Source of the DNA: Parasporobacterium sp.
Lineage (GTDB): Bacteria > Bacillota > Clostridia > Lachnospirales > Lachnospiraceae
NCBI GenBank assembly: GCA_017431485.1
Contig: JAFRKZ010000087.1
Location: forward strand, 1-57,393
Direction of reading: 5' to 3'
Length of the DNA: 57,393 bases
Shown in pieces: positions 53,593 through 57,393 of the stretch. Below the pieces are notes generated by a model. It made no database searches and was not told the origin of the DNA. It worked only from the letters and a program-made list of their open reading frames with translations. Each line of letters opens with the position of its first letter. The stretch's first letter is position 1. The translations under genes and the position numbers were made by a program.

Positions 53593-54877
53593 TGTAGGAA
53601 AGTCCACATTATTCAACCATCTGGCAGGCGCCAATATTTCCATTATCAAAGATACGCCCGGTGTGACCCGTGACCGGATCTATGCGGCAGCCAGCTGGCT
53701 GGACCGGGAGTTTACCCTGATCGATACCGGAGGGATCGAACCGGATTCCGGGGATGTGATCCTTTCGCAGATGCGGGAACAGGCACAGACTGCTATTGAT
53801 ACGGCGGACGTGATCATTTTTATGACCGATGTCCGGCAGGGTGTGGTGGATGCCGATGATAAAGTGGCCGATATGCTGCGGCGCAGCCGGAAACCGGTGG
53901 TGCTGTGCGTCAACAAAGTAGATAATTTTACGAAACAGCAGGCGGACGTTTACGAATTCTACAGCCTGGGACTGGGAGATCCTGTCCCGATCTCCGCAGT
54001 GAGCAAGCAGGGGCTGGGAGATCTGCTGGATGAAGTCATAAAGTATTTTGATCCGGATCAGACAGAGGAAGAGGAGGACCTGAGGCCGAAGGTTGCTGTG
54101 ATCGGCAAGCCCAACGCCGGCAAGTCTTCGATCGTAAATGCCCTGGCAGGCGAGAAAAGGATGATCGTTTCCGACATTCCGGGGACGACCAGGGATGCCA
54201 TTGACACGGTGATCACCCACGGGGACAAAGAGTACATCTTTATCGATACCGCCGGCCTCAGGCGTAAGGCAAAGATCAAAGAAGAACTGGAACGCTACAG
54301 CATTATCCGCGCGGTATCTGCCGTAGAAAGAGCGGATGTGGTGCTGATGGTCATAGACGCCGTGGAAGGGGTTACCGAACAGGACGCCAAGATCGCCGGA
54401 ATTGCCCATGAACGGGGAAAAGGGATCATCATCGTGGCAAACAAATGGGATGCTGTGGAAAAGGATGATAAGACCATTTACCGTCAGACAGAAAAGATCC
54501 GCCAGACCCTCTCCTTCATGCCGTATGCGAGACTTCTGTTCGTTTCTGCAAGGACCGGTCAGAGACTGGATAAACTGTTTGATCTGATCGATGTGATCGT
54601 GGAAAATCAGACCCGCAGGATCCAGACAGGCGTTCTGAATGAGATCATCACAGAAGCCCTGGCGCTGACTCCGCCGCCTTCCGACAAGGGCAAGCGCCTG
54701 AAACTGTTCTATGCGACACAGACGGGCGTAAAGCCGCCGGCGTTTGTATTGTTTGTAAACGATAAAGAACTGATGCATTTTTCCTATCTCCGGTATCTGG
54801 AAAACAAGATCCGGGAAGCCTTTGGTTTTGAAGGAACTGCACTCAAATTTTATATAAGAGAACGGGGTGAAAAATGA
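53555..54877 (+). CDS. der: ribosome biogenesis GTPase Der (EngA)
   Basis: Two tandem GTPase domains (GRPNVGKST, GKPNAGKSS) plus a KH-like C-terminus. AGGAGG RBS. Confidence 0.95.
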   Translation: MSKPIVAIVGRPNVGKSTLFNHLAGANISIIKDTPGVTRDRIYAAASWLDREFTLIDTGGIEPDSGDVILSQMREQAQTAIDTADVIIFMTDVRQGVVDADDKVADMLRRSRKPVVLCVNKVDNFTKQQADVYEFYSLGLGDPVPISAVSKQGLGDLLDEVIKYFDPDQTEEEEDLRPKVAVIGKPNAGKSSIVNALAGEKRMIVSDIPGTTRDAIDTVITHGDKEYIFIDTAGLRRKAKIKEELERYSIIRAVSAVERADVVLMVIDAVEGVTEQDAKIAGIAHERGKGIIIVANKWDAVEKDDKTIYRQTEKIRQTLSFMPYARLLFVSARTGQRLDKLFDLIDVIVENQTRRIQTGVLNEIITEALALTPPPSDKGKRLKLFYATQTGVKPPAFVLFVNDKELMHFSYLRYLENKIREAFGFEGTALKFYIRERGEK

Positions 54878-55923
54878 CAGAGAGACTGATTTGCCTGGCA
54901 TGTCTGGTAATCGGTTACGGTTTCGGACTGCTTCAGGTAGCGCATATTTATTCCAAAGCCAAAAATATCAATATCCGGGAAAAGGGAAGCGGAAACGCAG
55001 GAACGACGAACATGTTCCGTGTCATGGGGATCAAGGCAGGGATCATAACCCTGGTCGGCGACTGTGCCAAATTAGTGGCTGCCGTGATCTTTACAAAACT
55101 GATCTTCCTCACAGGACTGGGATTTCAGATCGATCCGACGGCGCTTGCTCTTTATACAGGGCTCGGATGCGTTCTGGGACATGATTTTCCGTTCTATTTT
55201 CATTTTAAAGGCGGAAAAGGCATGGCAAGCACGGCGGCTCTGGTCTGCTGCCTTGGAAACTGGCAGATGATCCTGATCGGAGTTGCTGTCTTCTTCGGTA
55301 TCGTGATCGCGACAAAGTATGTGTCTTTAGGATCCATGATAACCGTGTGTACGGAATTTGTTCTTTTTATCCTGTTCACGCAGATCGGATGGTTTCCTCT
55401 TCAGAGCGCCTGGATGCCTGACTGCTATATCCTTTTCTTCCTGTTGGCGGCTTTGCTGGTCTTCCAGCACAGAAAAAATATCAACAGGCTGATGAATCAT
55501 AAGGAAACCCGGTTCTATTTTCGTACTTCCAGCCAGATCAAAGAGGAAGAGGCTGCCCACAGGGAGAACCAGACGAACGCCAAGATCGAGCATGTGCAGC
55601 AGAAGGCGGAAAAGAAAATGGACAAACTGCAGTACAAGGCAGAGAAGAAGATCGCCAATGCCCAGAATAAAGCAGAACTGGTCCAGACGAAACTGGAACA
55701 GGTCCAGAATAAGGCGGATTACAAATACCGGAAAGTGCAGCTGAAAGCGGAACTGAAAGAAGAAAAAACAAGGAACTGGGCGGGAAAGATCGCCGACCAT
55801 GCGCCGAAATCTTTCCGGCTGCAGGATGAGAACCCTCAGCAGAACCTCCTGGAGGATAAGGAACCGATCGACCTTCCGGAAGGAGAAGAACAGACCGCAC
55901 CGGAAGAGCAGAAGGAGGAGTAA
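54874..55923 (+). CDS. plsY: glycerol-3-phosphate acyltransferase PlsY with ~135-aa C-terminal repeat extension
   Basis: The PlsY core carries the GSGNAGTTN motif and ends near QHRKNINRLMNHKETRF. A Lys/Gln/Glu-rich tail follows. Confidence 0.88.
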   Translation: MTERLICLACLVIGYGFGLLQVAHIYSKAKNINIREKGSGNAGTTNMFRVMGIKAGIITLVGDCAKLVAAVIFTKLIFLTGLGFQIDPTALALYTGLGCVLGHDFPFYFHFKGGKGMASTAALVCCLGNWQMILIGVAVFFGIVIATKYVSLGSMITVCTEFVLFILFTQIGWFPLQSAWMPDCYILFFLLAALLVFQHRKNINRLMNHKETRFYFRTSSQIKEEEAAHRENQTNAKIEHVQQKAEKKMDKLQYKAEKKIANAQNKAELVQTKLEQVQNKADYKYRKVQLKAELKEEKTRNWAGKIADHAPKSFRLQDENPQQNLLEDKEPIDLPEGEEQTAPEEQKEE

Positions 55924-55930
55924 GATTCAC

Positions 55931-57393
55931 ATGACATTTCAGATTGACGATATCACCTGGAATGATCTTTCTATGGATCAGGTCTGTGAAAAGATCAATA
56001 CTGCCAAGTCGTCTGTGGGTCAGGAATATCTTGTGAGGACCTTGAAAACACTGCTGCTGGAGGAAAAGGAGCTGTCTGGAAGGGCTGAACGGGTTTCCTG
56101 CGTGGGACGGGATCCGGAACTTGCTGCCAGGCTGCAGAAGATCTACAAAGATCTCGGCAGGACAAAGAAGATCTCCCTGTATGATTATATCTTCCGGTTT
56201 CATGAGATCAAACCGGCAGGCAATGCTCTGCATTATGTTTTAGGCATCCTGCTGCTTGCAGCGATCCTTCTTGTCTTTCTTCGTCCGGTGATCGGGATCA
56301 TTGCACTTGTCGTCATGTTCGTGATCAATATCTCGGTGTATTTCAAGTACAAGGCAGCGATCGAAGGCTATTTCATGTGCTTTAAGTATATCGTCCGGAT
56401 GATCCAGGCGGCTTCACGCATCCTGAAGACAGATCTGGAAAAAGAAGAACCCTTTCAGAAACTGGTGGAGGGACTTCGCTCAGATGTAAAGGAACTTGCC
56501 CCGATCCGCAGGGGTTCCTGGCTGCTGACCAATTCCGTATCCGGCTCTCTTGTGGATGTAGTCATGGATTACGTCCGGATGCTGTTTCATGTGGATATCA
56601 TCCGGTTTAACAGTATGCGAAAGCTCGCGGCAGAGAAGTCCCAGACCATTGATCACCTGTTCTGCAGCCTGGGCGAGATCGAAACGGATATGTGTATCAG
56701 TTCTTTCCGGGATACTCTGGATCACTGGTGCCTTCCTGTATTCTGCAAGGGAAAAGATCATCCTTCCCTTAAGATCACGGGCATGTATCATCCCCTGACT
56801 CCCACGGTGGTGACCAACGATCTTTCCGTGAACAGATCGGTCCTTCTGACAGGTTCCAATGCTTCCGGAAAATCCACTTTCCTGAAACAGCTCGCCATCA
56901 ACCAGATCCTTGCCCAGACCATCAGCACCTGTCTGGCAGATGAATATGAGACAGCCTTCTGTAAAGTTATGTCGTCCATGGCGCTTACTGATAATATCCT
57001 GAACGGAGAAAGCTACTTCATCGTAGAGATCAGATCCCTGAAACGGATCTTCGATGAGATCGGAAAAGAAGAGCAGGTCCCTGTCATGTGCTTTATCGAT
57101 GAAGTCCTGCGGGGAACCAATACAAAGGAAAGGATCGCTGCTTCCAGCCAGATCCTGAAGCAGATCTCCGGGATGAATGCCCTGTGCTTTGCGGCAACAC
57201 ATGATATTGAACTGACCAGGATCCTGGAAAGTTACATGGACAATTATCATTTTGAAGAATATGTGGAAGGAAATGATGTGCGGTTTGATTACAAGCTGAA
57301 GGAAGGCCCTGCAAAGACGCGCAACGCGATCCGGCTGATGAAAGCCTACGGATTTGATCCGTCGATCACCGACGCTGCGGAACAGCTGGCCGG
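55931..57393 (+). CDS. MutS-domain-V (MutS-related) membrane protein, 3'-truncated by the window edge
   Basis: The frame is open from ATG 55931 to the window end; it is absent from the track because no stop is reached. TM helices are present. Motifs: Walker A TGSNASGKSTFLKQ, Walker B FIDEVLRGTN, ATHD. Confidence 0.8.
   Translation, partial: MTFQIDDITWNDLSMDQVCEKINTAKSSVGQEYLVRTLKTLLLEEKELSGRAERVSCVGRDPELAARLQKIYKDLGRTKKISLYDYIFRFHEIKPAGNALHYVLGILLLAAILLVFLRPVIGIIALVVMFVINISVYFKYKAAIEGYFMCFKYIVRMIQAASRILKTDLEKEEPFQKLVEGLRSDVKELAPIRRGSWLLTNSVSGSLVDVVMDYVRMLFHVDIIRFNSMRKLAAEKSQTIDHLFCSLGEIETDMCISSFRDTLDHWCLPVFCKGKDHPSLKITGMYHPLTPTVVTNDLSVNRSVLLTGSNASGKSTFLKQLAINQILAQTISTCLADEYETAFCKVMSSMALTDNILNGESYFIVEIRSLKRIFDEIGKEEQVPVMCFIDEVLRGTNTKERIAASSQILKQISGMNALCFAATHDIELTRILESYMDNYHFEEYVEGNDVRFDYKLKEGPAKTRNAIRLMKAYGFDPSITDAAEQLA

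Noticed and set aside
53609-54901. 430-aa minus-strand ORF opposite der; also 55538..56233 and 56480..57250 (minus)
   Set aside because: These are shadow ORFs. The plus strand encodes Der, with both G-domains intact. It also encodes PlsY and an open MutS-domain-V frame that the track misses only because it runs off the window end.

Overview
57.4-kb chromosomal segment that reads like a Clostridia (Lachnospiraceae-type) Firmicute; the taxon is an inference from about 50% GC, AGGAGG-type RBSs, a type-A RNase P RNA and a SecDF fusion. It carries about 45 protein genes, mostly housekeeping: valS, PBP1A, an HtrA-like protease, a clpX paralog, rdgB, thrC, pheST, secDF, recJ, rex-alr, yebC, der and plsY. 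There is a stable-RNA island with a lone tRNA-Arg, a 6-tRNA operon (Pro-Gly-Arg-His-Gln-Lys) and rnpB. I saw no integrase, transposase, phage, CRISPR-Cas or toxin-antitoxin genes. Two edge-truncated CDSs are absent or truncated in the ORF track (2..553 and 55931..57393). Six things are not routine. (1) An 8-gene envelope operon (35.7-44.3 kb) ends in a Dlt-like adenylation enzyme / carrier protein / MBOAT / SGNH set. It carries its own Asp/Glu-family racemase, and its adenylation pocket does not look D-Ala-specific. This is my best candidate for an undescribed D-aminoacylation system. (2) A second, carrier-independent MBOAT-DHHW-SGNH-DUF4358 operon sits at 22.6-26.5 kb. (3) Two related arrays of exactly 42-nt tandem hairpin repeats lie at 18.7-19.1 kb and 44.3-44.6 kb. 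(4) A self-contained promoter-to-terminator unit of about 210 nt with no ORF lies upstream of pheS and is a candidate structured sRNA. (5) Several housekeeping proteins have unusual add-ons: ClpX with a linker of about 165 aa, PlsY with an 11-mer-repeat tail, and Tyr/acid-rich tails on exported enzymes. (6) An alpha/beta hydrolase has Gly at the nucleophile position. All functional calls rest on motif recognition by eye; no database search was run.
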